Assembly (NCBI RefSeq): GCF_964204645.1
Contig: NC_134028.1
Span: 11,703,263 to 11,767,262, forward strand
DNA length: 64,000 bases
Direction of reading: 5' to 3'
Source: Tubulanus polymorphus
Taxonomy: Eukaryota; Animalia; Nemertea
Shown here: positions 50,879 through 64,000 of the stretch, in pieces
Numbering within the stretch: the stretch's first letter is position 1
Layout of the letters: each line of letters begins with the position of its first letter
Program-made: the position numbers and the translations under genes
Notes under the pieces: generated by a model
The model's input: the letters and a program-made list of their open reading frames with translations, nothing else
Database searches by the model: none
What the model was told of the DNA's origin: nothing

Positions 50879-51094
50879 TGCCGAAAGGAACGACTCCAAA
50901 TTGTGCGGCGACACCGACGCCCGACCAAAAACCACCACAGAACAGACAACAAGATGTGTAGAATACGATAGATTTGACTTTAATACCAATTATAGTATAC
51001 GTGACAAGATACTTATAGTAAGCACTGAAAAATGCGTTTCGGTTGATCAGTTGTTGACACGGATCACCGTTGGTGACTATGACAATTCGCGACA
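50879..51094 (-). repeat. BEL/Pao 5' LTR
   Basis: Direct repeat of 28090-28301, followed by the TSD CACCT. Confidence 0.92.
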
Positions 51095-51714
51095 CACCTT
51101 TTTAACGATATACAAATTTAATTTTTTTGTGACAAAAGAGGGATGGACGACAATAAATTGCGCTATAAATATGAATAAATTTACCCTCAGATTGTATCTA
51201 CTTACACTCCAAGTAAAAAAGTGGGGGATTTTTACCCAACTTTATTAAAGGATATAGAATTTTTTCCTTGGGCCTTTTGTAACCTACTTTTATCTCTATG
51301 CCACTGTGAACCTATGTTCATTGTTGTCCAGCCTCAGACGGGCCCAAATTAAAGGTTATAGATTGAATGTGCATGTGCAATTTAAGATTTAGCTTGACAT
51401 TCCTCTTATATTTTTCGGCGAGAACACACTGACGGTCATCTGCCAATTTCAGGGATAAAAACAGCTGATATTGAAAAAAAACCGGAAAATATTCCGAATT
51501 AGAGTCGCTCTTCGAATGAGACGCCACATTGGTTTCTCCGACTCCACAATTGTGCTAACTACTGCCAAAAACTGTCTTAAGGAGCACTCCTAACTACAGA
51601 GCGCTCCGATGTGACGTGCGCGATTGAGGCGATTGACACTGATCTCAGGAATGAAGAAAATAAAAGAGAAAGTCGGAAATCCGTCTATGGTCGGAAGATT
51701 TTCATCCCTGCAAT

Positions 51715-52681
51715 TTGATAAAGGAGATTGAACTGAAAATACAGTGTCGCAAAGGAGCCGCCGATGAGCAAATACCGCTCCGTCAAATATTTGACGAGGA
51801 ACCCAGGCGATCAGAAGTTGGGGCAAATGTTAGTTTCGTCGCTATCGAAAGCTCTATTTACAAGCGTAAACGGACAAATCTACCCGCTATGCCACCCAAT
51901 ATAGAACAGTATCCGGGAGCAATAGCAGCCAGTGGATACAGCACAGCCTCTGATGGTTCTCCATTTTATCGTGGAGTTGTCAGAACCCCAGATGGAATGG
52001 CAATTGTTTTTGCAACTGATGCGCAAATCAAATTACTAGTGGCGCGAGAAACAGCGCGCATGGCAATACTGGCACAGTTTTACCAGTTATTCACCGTGTT
52101 CGGGACAATTTCCGGCTACGTTTTTCCTGCAGTCTTTGTTTTAATGATCAGGAAGAAGACTTATACAGGGCTGTTTTGGAAAAAAATCCGAGAAATAGCG
52201 GCTACATTCAACCCATTGCGCGTGATGGCTGATTTCGAGGAGGCACCAGCAACGGCCATTCGTATTGTTTATCCAGACGTAAGTGTATCTGGATGCTGGT
52301 TTCATTTTGCACAAGCAATATTCCGCCGTTTACAGAAACTGGGACTGCAGGACTTATACCGTGATATAAACAGTCTAGTACGTGTTCTCGCGATGAAGAC
52401 CATGTCTCCCCCCACTTCCAGCTGATAATATTGAGGAGAGACTTCATCTAATCCGCGGCAAAAATACAGTTAGACGATTAAGATCGTTCTTTCGGTATGT
52501 GGCCCAATATTGGATGGGGAGAATTGGGCCAGAACGAATATCTGTGCATGGTTATCCGGACAGAAAAAATAATGGTGTTAAAAGTTTTCACGCACAACTG
52601 AGGCCCCGCTTTGGGGTTCATCCAAATATTTGTATGTTTCTCAAACATCTCGGAAAACTAGCTGAAGAGGTTGTCAATTAA
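51715..52681 (+). pseudogene. MULE (Mutator-like) transposase remnant
   Basis: FYQLFTV...PAVFVLM, ADFE...GCWFHFAQAI and NNGV.SFH motifs; the first catalytic D region appears deleted. Confidence 0.85.
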
Positions 52682-55600
52682 ACAAGCCAATGAAACTCAA
52701 TAATTGACTCATCAATAATCGCTTCCCGAAGTATCCAAATTTAATGGGGGGGGGGGGGCAGCTGCTATTTTCGCCCAAGTTTACTTTCTCAGATGAAGGA
52801 ATTCCGTCATAGGGAAAGTAATCATTTTCGCAATCATTAGAAATAAGTTGAAGTTATCTGTCGAGAGCAGACAACCCTGGAGAACATGAGTCATATTTTG
52901 ACTTGAAATGACCAATGAATAAGGACAGTAAAATAAATTAGGTCCAAAAAAGGGCAAATTTCATGGGAAAATAGCACAGTTACAATAACATTACTGTCGA
53001 CACAGAGCTATATGATATAATACCGTTATTTATTTGTTCTGTTTGAATACTGTCAAATTTCAATATGATATTAAACTGAAAAACTTTTGAAAATGATTGT
53101 GATAATAACACGACAGAGGACTAAAAAAATCTTTGGTTGCCAAAAAACAAGAAATTGATTTTCACATAAGAGGAATCAACTGCCACTAATCTATAATATA
53201 TATATTCACATTTTACTGATAACATACAAACAATTGTTATGAAAACACGACAAGGATTCTTTAATTGCCAAAAAAAGCAAGAAATGCACATAGATTTGCA
53301 CATAAGAGCAATCATTGTCAAATAGGTCAAAGTGAATAAAGATTCTATTATTTTCCTGTTGTGCTATTTCCACATTCCAGGAAGTGATGTTGAAACCGTA
53401 CAAAATGAAAGAGCACATCATTGAAAATAACCAACATGAATTTGATAGAATAATCACATTTGGAAATAGACAAACATGGAAATAGACAAACATGGAAAAT
53501 AATAGATTTCAAATAATCAATTTCCATGATGGTCAATTTCCGAATGTGACTATTCTATCAAATTCCAGTACTGGATATTTCTATCTTATTCCAAGGTGTT
53601 CACTGATGCTAATTTCCATGTCATGCATTTTCCAGACGTGAAAATTCTATTTAAGTCCAATACTGGATTTTTAGGACAATTTCATGTCGGACAATTTCCG
53701 TGTTGTGCATTTTCATGTTGTACTTTGTCTATGATTGGTTTATTCCATGTTGTACTAATTCAGCATCCCCCGTTTTGGAACAATAATGAGGGGTGGTAAG
53801 TAGTCATGATTTAACACATGTTACTTCCTTGTGGTTGAAAATCTCGCCAGAATGGCAAAACATTGAAACTGGCAATAAATTCCTATTATCATATACATTT
53901 TTTTTGCACATTTTCATAATTTATACGCTATAAAGTGCCGATATACAATTGCTTGTTAACGATCAGTATGTTTGGTTGCGATGGTTGCCTAGGTTTCCAC
54001 CATCTTGTTTGCTGTGCACATGCTCCCCATTCTGTTTTTTTAACACAATCCACATGTGTGCACTACACTCGCCGTATGAGCGTTCGCAGCTCTCAAAACA
54101 AAACTGCCTCTAAAAGCATACTGGAACCTGCCAACCTGGCCACCTTTTCTTTGATTTTACATCTACATGATTAAATCAATTTCTGACACCGTTTTTGCAT
54201 TTTTTATTCGTGTATCTAGTGTTTCAACGTATTTATCAGCATACCTGGGGACTTCCAGTGGTTAAGATGTTTGAGCATATGAACAATTTTGAAATATTGA
54301 TTTTTACTATGTGTGTCATTCGATATATTTCAACTCATAAATTTTTGGAGGATTTAATTAAAGAAATAGTCATTAAGCCTTTAAATGATTGCACATGCGA
54401 TCGACTGCCCCACTCGTGCTTGAAATGGAAAATTATTACCTTGTACACGATGATGAGTTATTGAAAATTCAAGATGAAATCTAAATCATTCGATTCTTTC
54501 AAAGAAATCCATTGGAAAATGTGGTTCGGAAATAAACTGAATTTTTTATTACCTCATCTCACATGGTGCCTCTCCCTGGACGTATTAACTACACTAACTA
54601 TGATCGTTGTGATCTGTGTGCTGGCCACAGAGAAAAAATAAAAAGGCACTTTAAAATTCAGACACGGTCAACACGGTCTAAATCCGCCCCTGGTATGACA
54701 AGTCTGATGCTCCGCAATCACATGTTGACCACGGTTGGGTAATAGTTAACAATACATGACTACCAGTACATCATAAAAAAGGAGCACTTCCAGAACATTT
54801 TTCTAACATATTATGTACAGATATTATAAGTTACGATAATGACTATACAGATTCATCTGACATAAGAAAACCAGTGATGATTCCTCAGAATACGATTCTG
54901 AGTCTGGAGATTCTGATTGAACAGGAAAATTGTTTACCTGATAATCGAGTTTGTGAAGTTTGAAAAACCATGAAATTAACAGAGTATGATTCTTTTTAAA
55001 TTCTTAATGATTCAATATTATGCCTATACATAGTAATCTAATGATAGGAATACATGTACCATAATATCTTGATAAGTGTAATAAACTCGATTTATATAAT
55101 GAATACCGCGACTTTATATTACTTTGTTGAAAAACTGCAGAGGTTAAACAGTAAGACGCCATATTGGATTTTGGCCTGCAGGGGCACTGCAAATAACTCA
55201 TTTTGTATCAGCAATCTAAATACATCTACTTTAATCTTAATCTTTTTATCTTTATCCTATCGTCTGATTCTTGTATAAATATTCTGTCATTTCATTTTGT
55301 TTCTCAGTATGCCTGATGATGGCTAAAAGTGTTAAGCCGAAACATTGCTCAAAATAATTTCTCTTCTATTCAAGAATTGTTGCCCTTGGGTCTAAATCCC
55401 TGGCAAAGGAGTCAAAGATACCGGTATACGAAATCCCATTGCTATGGAGCCGTTATATCCGCCCTCTAAAATACACATATGTACATCATTGAAGTTGTGA
55501 AATGTGTGATAACTACAGTGGTGTTCGTTGTGCAACGACAAAGTAATTAATAATAATTTACTGAATGACATTTTTACTATGAATGATCTGGCAAATTTTT

Positions 55601-57377
55601 TGGCAAAATCTAAGTCAAATTCGCTGTGGTATCAGGACCTTTCAAAATTCAGCAATTGGTTACAATGCACCTGAACTTAGGTGATATGAAATGTCCATAC
55701 TGGATACTGCATTCACTTATTGCATTGATACATACTTTCTCAAGCAATAATTATCATATAAAATAATCACCAGTACATACCCCACTTACGGTATGTTATG
55801 TAGACTCAGCTCCAGTTGGAACCAATCAACTCAGATAACCAGGCGCGGATCCAGACTGTCACATATGCAGCACGTGCGGTAGTTGCAGTTTTCAAATGCC
55901 CTTGAAAAATTGTTGTTTCAGGAAAAAAGTAAATGAAAGGGCACACAACTTGTGAGTCAGACCATCCCAAGTTAATTGTCTGTTTGCCGTAACACCGACT
56001 CAATTTTTCAGTATGAACCGGTAGGCAGGTCGAAATTTTTTTGTGCAAAAATTTTAGGGCAAAAAAATAAATTTATGACCTTTTTTACATGATAATATCA
56101 CAAATCTGCGTTTTGCTAGGGAAATTTGTGTAATTTGCCAGGATTTCAAGAATAATTTTAAAATTCTAATTTCTACCAGAGTGTCATCGCTGTGTTCAAA
56201 ATAAAACAGAACATTGAATATATGCGCGCTATAAAAAAAGTTTTCACTCGCTGGGCCTTTTCAAAGTTGATGCCCTTTTTCACTGACCTGTAGTCATTAA
56301 AGCCCTAGATTGTCATTGTAGCCCTAGATCCGCGCCTAATAACCTATCAATTTGAGTGTTTATTGAAATATATTCTGAACCTATATGATCTTGAAAAATT
56401 TATTTCAGTCCAAAAAGTTTTAACATTGGGTGTTGTACATGTGACCCCACACATTTTCCATTCAAAATGAATTAATATAATTTCGTTCAAACACAACACA
56501 TAAATCAATTCATCACAACTCTTTTAGATGCGTCATCACAGACACTATGGTGGTTTTAATGTTTGAAGGGATGAATCAGTCAATAGCTTTTTCATACATT
56601 CACCATCTCAGTGTTGGGGATGAAAAATGCATGCGCAACTTAGCAATTAAAAGCTGCAGAAATTATTGCGCGATTTTAATAGAAGTCCAGACAACTTATT
56701 TGTGAACTTAATATCTACACTCAAATGTGTTAGAGCCAACTGACAGGCAGGAGAGTACCTGGTTTTACAGAGAATACTCAATAAGTTTTGTGAAAACACG
56801 TGGTCGTGTTATATAATCATCTACAATCCAATTATAAAGTATCAGACTCTCTTATGGTGGGTTCTCATTACTTGGCATTTACAACAAAAATCTATGATAT
56901 CAAGTCATTTAATAAATTGCCCATGGGCAAAGTGTGGTTTACCTTGAAAGCTAGAGGTTGTTTGGGGTAAGGGCATTGCTTGAAAAATCTTTTTAATTCG
57001 TGACTTCAAAGTTCTACAAGTTTAAATATTGTATTTTATCTTTCTTAAAGGATTATTTTGTAGTCAAATAAGACCAAAGATATACATTTGTTTACAGTCA
57101 ATATCCTAAATTTCGTAGGGTACACTTGTAGGCGCGGCATGGAAACTATTTTATATTTTCAAAGAAATATTTTTCATAATATGAAAAAATATTCAAATAA
57201 AATTCATATGATGTCACATATCAAAGGGTGGCTGAATATGTATGGCTGCGGAAGCTAAAATACCGGTGCAGTAAGCAATCGGCGTATTAGATCGTTTTAA
57301 ATCCTGGAATTTACCACTACAATATTCAGACCTCGACCTATACCTATAGATTGCTGCTTAGCATTTTCAGGTCACAA

Positions 57378-58166
57378 GAAATTACAATTTATTACAAATT
57401 CTATCAAACAGAAAACACAGCGCTCTTCTTCTGCTGATGAAATGTCAAATGCGCCAGCAAGCAGCATTACAGTACCACTATAGTAGTGTATACTGTACAT
57501 GCGTGTGTTTGTGTGTGCAACAGTCTAATCTAATGATTTCCGCGCGCACGTGTAGGCCTTGTGTAAGTGAATGTTCGCTTACACTTCAATGCCAATGAAA
57601 TCAATCACCGGGTATTAGAATGAAACAATACCTGTGGCGGATAGTAATTACATTCTCACCAGCAATGAGCATTTGAAATTCGCACGTTTACGGCACCTAG
57701 TCCAATGAAACGTTCGCCATTCTATGGCTTACCCACAATTATTTTAGTAGCGTCGGAATTCCCCGTACAATGTAATGAAATTACAATTTATTACAAATTC
57801 TATCAAACAGAAAACACAGCGCTCTTCTTCTGCTGATGAAATGTCAAATGCGCCAGCAAGCAGCGTTACAGTACCACTATAGTAGTGTATACTGTACATG
57901 CGTGTGTTTGTGTGTGCAACAGTCTAATCTAATGATTTCCGCGCGCACGTGTAGGCCTTCTGTAAGTGAATGTTCGCTTACACTTCAATGCCAATGAAAT
58001 CAATCACCGGGTATTAGAATGAAATAATACCTGTGGCGGATAGTAATTACATTCTCACCAGCAATGAGCATTTGAAATTCGCACGTTTACGGCACCTAGT
58101 CCAATGAAACGTTCGCCATTCTATGGCTTTCCCACAATTATTTTAGTAGCGTCGGAATTCCCCGTA
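57378..58166. repeat. Tandem duplication, 399-bp period, two copies
   Basis: 57378-57767 is almost identical to 57777-58166. Confidence 0.93.
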
Positions 58167-58867
58167 TATCCCAAAAAAGCCAATTACATTCGCTCGTAGA
58201 GACAACGCCACCGAATCGTTGTCATTGCAATTTTATACGCGAGAGCTAAGAATTTTCCCACCAAAAACATTTTTTCGTAGAATTTCAACTCCGTTGACCA
58301 TGTCATCGACGGAGGTTCGCCATGTTTCAATCGCATCGATTATACGTCGTTTAAGCCGAGAACCAATGAAACAAATGCTCACATAAAAAAACGTACCGCG
58401 ATTTTACATCAATTGGCTCAATGCCAACATCATATCGCTGATAAAGGTAAACCAAAAAGTATAACATCATTGTTTTATATTATTACTAGATTGAATTTTC
58501 AAATGAAAACTATGCAAACTGAAGTTAATGATAACCACAAAACAAAGCAATGTTCTAGCTTATAATAATAAGGTTTTTAATTTCTGTAATTTGCATAATC
58601 TATGCTTAATTTACTGCAGCAATGTTATAACAATGTACCCACAACTGAGACATAAAGGTTGACGGTAGATGACTTACCCAGGTTGAAAAAATAGGGCTCA
58701 TTCGCTTGTCCATAATGTATATATATAATAATTAGTCCATAGACCATAGACCGGAAACAAGCTACAAAATGCCTCATTCACGCACAAATATGGGTGTGGC
58801 TGCCATCTCAAATGGCCTTCATGTGTCAAGCATAGAGATCATCCTCCCGTGATCCCTATGGCTATAG

Positions 58868-59541
58868 TTAGGCCATCCCAAAATAATTGTCTACCGTAAA
58901 CTGACCAACCCGAATTCAAAAGTATCGATTCTGGGATTCATTGAATTGAATGAAAAATTTTACAAGAACAGCCGACCGACTGACCCTCTGCCAATGTATG
59001 AGCTATGTATGTTTGTGAACTGTGCATCGTGTGAAATCGTGCCTTGGAGTGATGGAACCTTACCACCCTATTATGGCTTGAAATAGCAAGTGGGAATTTC
59101 CAGGTTGTTCAATATGGTGTCCATCATGCAGTTAGATGAATAGTTATTATGGTGATTAAATCCATTGACATCTGCTTCTTTGTCTAGATACAAGACAGAC
59201 ATGTGGCCACGTTTAAGTATTCCAGGAAACTGGCCGTGTTCCTGCCGATCATTCTAGTGAATATGTTAAAGCCAGCAATGTTAAAGCGCGAGGTGATCAA
59301 TGTTGTTTCATTTTGAACACATGGATGACACTTCGGATGAAGTAAAAATTTGAAAATTATTCTTGAAATCTAGGCTATTAGATAAATGAACAACGCCGAT
59401 TTGTGATATTGTTTTTCATGTAAAAAAGATGATAAAATTGTTTTATTCCCTAAAAAGATTTTCTTCCTACCTACCTACTGACTCACCCTGAAAACGTGGA
59501 TCAGTGTTACTGCAAACAAAAATTAATATGGGACGGCCTTA
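58868..59541. mobile_element. MITE-like element; related copies at ~55958-56240 and ~60606-61148
   Basis: Inverted ends GGCCATCCCAAAATAAT / ATTAATATGGGACGGCC; the related copies share TTGTCTGTTTGC(C/T)GTAACACCGACTCAA. Confidence 0.5.
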
Positions 59542-60050
59542 TGAGAAAATTGTTCTAAAAGTGAAGAGCGTACAGTCGGAACAGGGTACAAATGACTTAT
59601 TTCATACACATATATAACTTTCCAAAATATTGAATTCGGTCTTTAAAGAGATGAATGAACGAATGTACGGACTATGGATGAAAGTGAATGCAATAGCCTA
59701 CTGGGACTAAACCCCTAAGTGGGCTAAATAGACATTGATTGCGATCATGAAAACCTGCCAGTGCTTCATATATTCAGTATAAAAAATTTTCTCAACAACA
59801 TGGCACAGGAGAACAGATTTGATTTCTATCGGGCTTTTTAATAGAATTGTCTTTAGATGAGGGCAGCAATTCCAAGGTGAGCACACTTTTTCACAAGATT
59901 CTTTAAAGATCATGAATGGCAGAAAATTGAGTAATTCATTCATTCACTCTTACATCAAAATGACAAAATATGGCTGAGTTGTGCTCTCATGGAATCAATA
60001 TTCATACATAAATAATATTTCTTGATGTTTCTTGTAGCCCGCATTCACTT

Positions 60051-60316
60051 TCACTCATCTACTCTGTACACATGTAACCGTTCTTCATCAGGATGTACAG
60101 TGGGATTCAGGAGCATTCTCCGACTGGAACCACTGCTACTTGAGCCAGTTGACCCTTCTGAGACAAGTGGGGTTCCGGGCAGTGATAATGATTCATGTTG
60201 ACCTGAAGTCAAAACATCACTTTCATCACGAGAGCTATCACAATCATCCTCGCGGTCATATAGCACCTTTGTGTGAGCTGCTGGGCGAAAAACTATCCTT
60301 AATCCTGGTGATAAAC
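60051..60316 (-). CDS. Probable terminal coding exon of a host gene
   Basis: Polypyrimidine-CAG acceptor; open frame LSPGLRIVFRPAAHTKVLYDRE...RVDE*; phase fits the exon at 62460-62515. Confidence 0.6.
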
Positions 60317-61164
60317 CTGAAAAAAATATAGAATACTATAAATATTGGTTAAATTCTGTAAAATAAGTCACTGATTTAAATTTCAGTTCATTCATTATTT
60401 AGAAATGAGTATTTCAATCAGCAATTCTCAGGTGTATGTTATTGGTGTAGTGTGTGACATCACTTCAGAAAATCAATATTTTAATATTATTTTGAGAATT
60501 TAGTAAATGAACTTTATGGATGTTTTGATAAAATCCATCATCCTTATGAAGCAACAAGATTTCTCATTCATGGGTTCAGCCTGATTTCATCATTTCAGAT
60601 CCGAGACAATTCCTAAATAATTGTCTGTTTGCTGTAACACCGACTCAAGTTTTCAGGATGAGTCAGGATGATTTTTTTGCAAAATTTATGGGCAAAAAAA
60701 TTATCACCCTTTTTATATGGAAAAAATATCAAAAATCTGCGTTGTGCACGGGAAATTCGTATATAGCCTAGATTTCAAGAACAATTTTGAAATTGAATTT
60801 TTTTCTGAACTTCATCTGGAGCGTCATCTCTAGTGCTCAAAATGAAACAGTACATTGAATATATGCGTGCTATAATATCCCCAACTTTAAAATAGTCACT
60901 AAGAATGAATGGCAGCTTATTGGAACACTTCCAGTTTCCTGGAAAACTTAAACTAGGCAACACTCAAAACATATTTTCACTCGACGTACACTTGACTTCA
61001 AAGATACATAGGAAGTGGGTCGGTCGGTCGGCCGTTATCGAGAGTAAAATTTATTTCAATGAATCCCAAAAACAGTTTTCACTCGGTACCTTTGAAGTCT
61101 GGGCGGTCAGGTTACGGCAAACAGACCATTATTTTGGGATGGCCTGATAGAATCAGATAGCTGC

Positions 61165-61855
61165 ACTAAGAAAGAGTATCCTAAGAGGGCAACGTTCTGA
61201 CCAGAAAGTCGGCCATCTTGAATTGGAGAATTCTTCAAAAGAATACTTTACATTCTATGCTACACACAAAAATTTCATGGAATCAGCTCAGACAGTTTTT
61301 GAGATATCACGTACACGGGAAGTTCACATAGGGACATCTATGAAAATCAATGTGGCCACCAATCAGTCATTATGCAACGTAAAATCCTAATTTTTCAGAT
61401 GAAAATGTGGGTCCTTCAGGTACAAAGTGACAATAGATGAAGCATCAGCAATGATTACAGTATCGTTTAAGAGTTCAAAATATGCCATTTTGACCTTAAA
61501 GCAGGTCATGAGTCAGCCATCTTTTATCGGAGAAATCCCCAAATCAATAGGGTTCCTCTTCATACTATCATACACACACTATACAAATTTCATGGAATCA
61601 GCTCAAACGGTTTTTGAGTTATCATGTAAACGGGAAGTTCACAACTAGAAAGAAGGTCATAATTCAGCCATCTTATAATTGGATAATACCCCATAACTAA
61701 AGAGTCCATCAACATACTATCATACATATACCATAAAATTTCATTAAATTAGCTCAACCGCTTTTCGAGTTATCGTGTGCATGGTAAGTACACGTGAACA
61801 CGCTGCTGCGAAAACTGATACATCCCCCCACGACTTCATCGGGGGGATATGATAA
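61165..61855 (+). mobile_element. HINE/DINE-1-like non-autonomous Helentron
   Basis: Internal repeats AAATTTCAT..AATCAGCTCA...TTTTGAGTTATC occur three times; 3' palindrome ATCCCCCC...GGGGGGAT. Confidence 0.6.
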
Positions 61856-62328
61856 TCATTATGCAAACCATGCAGTTATGAGTGTGATATATGGTAGAAC
61901 TATTCGGTTTAGACAAAATTTGCAAAAACTATCATTTGTGAATTTGTTATCATGATGATAGTGATTGTTGTTCCCTATGGGCCTGCCTTAGAATGAAAAC
62001 GAAATTTGAACCCTTGCATAAGATATTTTTATTCTAGGAAATACCGTCACACGTATCTCACCTACATAAATTTCCAAAAGCATTTCCTTATCTATTGGCC
62101 CCAAATGACTGCAATGTCTTTAACCATCTGATTAGCACATTAATATTGATCTGCTCTTCAGTTAAATCCTCATAATATATTTTGTAATTGTTGGTTATCC
62201 TTGTGATATGATTGTCAAATTAACATGACTTTTCTTCTTCTTTTGGGTGGTATATACCTAAATCTTGCTTTTCTATATCTCTCCTGCTGTTAAATTATAA
62301 CATAATACAATGTATTACTCTTTGTAAT

Positions 62329-62445
62329 TAGGGTTTTCTGTTACTTCAGAGAAAACCCTATTGATATTCGCGTGATTCTTATTAGGGTTTCTGATGCTTT
62401 CGCAGAAACCCTATTGTCATTCTGCTGATTATTATTAGGGTTTGC
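62329..62445 (+). repeat. Tandem HINE-like terminal hairpins
   Basis: Two TAGGGTTT(T)CTG...(C)AGAAA(A)CCCTATTG stems plus a third half copy. Confidence 0.55.
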
Positions 62446-62459
62446 TTTCTGCAACTTAC

Positions 62460-62515
62460 CTTCACTGTTGGTGAAACTATTCTGTATCACAAGTACTACG
62501 CTGCATTGACAGATA
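62460..62515 (-). CDS. Probable internal host exon (56 nt)
   Basis: CAG acceptor and GTAAG donor; ICQCSVVLVIQNSFTNSE-G joins in frame to the exon starting at 60316. Confidence 0.5.
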
Positions 62516-63559
62516 CTGTACATAATATAAGTCAGAATTCCACCGTTTACTCAAAACATAGAAATTTAATCCTGATTCAAACAGTATCCATCTACGTACA
62601 TGTATTGCGTGTGTCTTATTCCCAAAGCGCGTAAATACGTGTATTTGTGTGTGTGTCCTTACATGCATTGATAGAGTCATGTTCTAGATCTATAGCAACA
62701 AGTAAGCAGTAGTGGTATTTTTATCTCTTGGAAGTCGATTGTTTTGCCGTTGAATGAGGACATTCCTCGAGTGAATGCAACTGAGGAATTTTTATAGCCT
62801 TGTGCTGTATACACAAGTTTTTGCATCATATAGATTTTACATGCGTATTCAGCTAGTAACAGGAATACTCCTCAATAGATTTACTTATATGAGATGTACG
62901 TAATACACGTACCATAATAACTTCCCAAAATAACTGGATTCCGAATACGGACTGACAAAAAGTGAACGCAAAGTCCAAAGTGGGCTAAAAAATCACATGC
63001 AATTAAAAATTACCCTGGGTACTTTGATATCGATACAATGTAGCTCGGTTACACAATAGCCTAGGTTAATGACGGTTTGCCGCAAGATAAATCGGCAGAA
63101 ATTAGAAAACACCAGCTAACATCACAGTTGTTTACTTTTTCTAAGGATTTTGCGGGCTTAAGACATTGACTAGAAATTAGGGCGATCAGACTTAAGATGG
63201 CCATCCTGTGACCTGTTTTGTGCCTGCAAATGTCATTTAAGCCTGAGTCCTGTAGTTTCCTAATGGATTGCCATTTTACACTGCAAGTTTTGATGGGTAT
63301 TCTATGATTTTTAATACATCAGACAGGTATTGTTGATCAGCCAATTATCACACGATTGGCGTCCGTCTTAGTGTCATCAGTATTCATTCAGGTGGAAAAA
63401 GTTTCTTAAGGAAAATACAAGTTTTTAACTTATAGTCTTGACATTTGATCGTTACTAGCACTGTCATAAAATACATCTCCTCAGATGGCATTAGAATCAC
63501 CTTTTTCTTTGTTCTTGCCACCAAGGGGAGTTAAATATTGAATAACATATAATTTTCTA

Positions 63560-63965
63560 TTCATATTGGAACCTATGCATATTTTGTAACCACAATCAAT
63601 TGCAAAATTGTAGCTAATGGTATGTTTTATTATTGTTGTGAGTTTCAATGCCATTGATTTTGGTATATGGTCACCAGGGGGCATTGAATGATAGAATTAC
63701 ATAGTATCTCTACATTATATTGGTACCTAAGCAAATTTTGTTACCACAAACGATAGCGAATTTGTAGGTCATAATATGTTCTATCATCGGAGTGAGTTTC
63801 AAGGTGATTGGTGTTGAATAGTACATTAACTTAGTATTTCTATATTATAATGGTACCTATGAATATTTTGTTACCACGAGCAATTGCAAAATTATAGCTC
63901 ATGACATGTTCCAGGTTCGTGTTGAGTTTCAAGGTCATTGGGTTTGCATACCAGGGGGCGTTTAA
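63560..63965. repeat. Degenerate tandem repeat, about three units
   Basis: ATTTTGT(T/A)ACCAC...GAGTTTCAA recurs three times at ~140-bp spacing. Confidence 0.55.
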
Positions 63966-64000
63966 AAGTAGAATGATTTATTATTTCCTTATTTTATTGA

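Larger units (their letters stand above)
28090..51094 (-). mobile_element. BEL/Pao LTR retrotransposon with nested insertions
   Basis: LTRs at 28090-28301 and 50879-51094 (TG...CA); 5-bp TSD CACCT; PBS and PPT; gag-PR-RT-RH-IN order. Confidence 0.95.

Noticed and set aside
52750-57370. Short ORFs in this interval
   Set aside because: No motifs; the region looks like intergenic DNA with degraded repeats.
62329-62445. TTAGGG as telomeric repeats (also at 3679)
   Set aside because: Single units forming the stems of HINE-like hairpins, not tandem arrays.

Overview
AT-rich eukaryotic (probably marine invertebrate) genomic DNA dominated by nested mobile elements. It holds three copies of one Polinton/Maverick (polintovirus) family. 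Copy A (1-3680) is truncated. Copy B (7359-25881) is full length with a 6-bp TSD ATCGAC. Copy C (31867-43142) is an internally deleted derivative with a 6-bp TSD GCTAAG. The family encodes a protein-primed PolB with an internal endonuclease-VII-like domain, an rve integrase with a chromodomain, an A32-like packaging ATPase, putative major and minor capsid proteins, an HNH nuclease and several predicted membrane proteins; no adenain-type protease was seen. The most striking feature is that each terminus of B and C is itself a long imperfect palindrome (about 410-430 bp and 189 bp). Its mismatches become G-T wobble pairs on the strand carrying the terminal 3'-OH, which is the geometry of a self-priming hairpin. 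Most genes start at a poxvirus-late-like TAAATG. Copy C sits inside a BEL/Pao LTR retrotransposon (28090-51094, TSD CACCT) that also holds a CR1/L2-group LINE and one of three copies of a TIR-less ~660-bp element inserting next to CYAG. Other features are a Gypsy remnant, a MULE transposase pseudogene and MITE, HINE/DINE-1-like elements, and two probable host exons near the right end. All family calls come from motif recognition by eye, without database searches.
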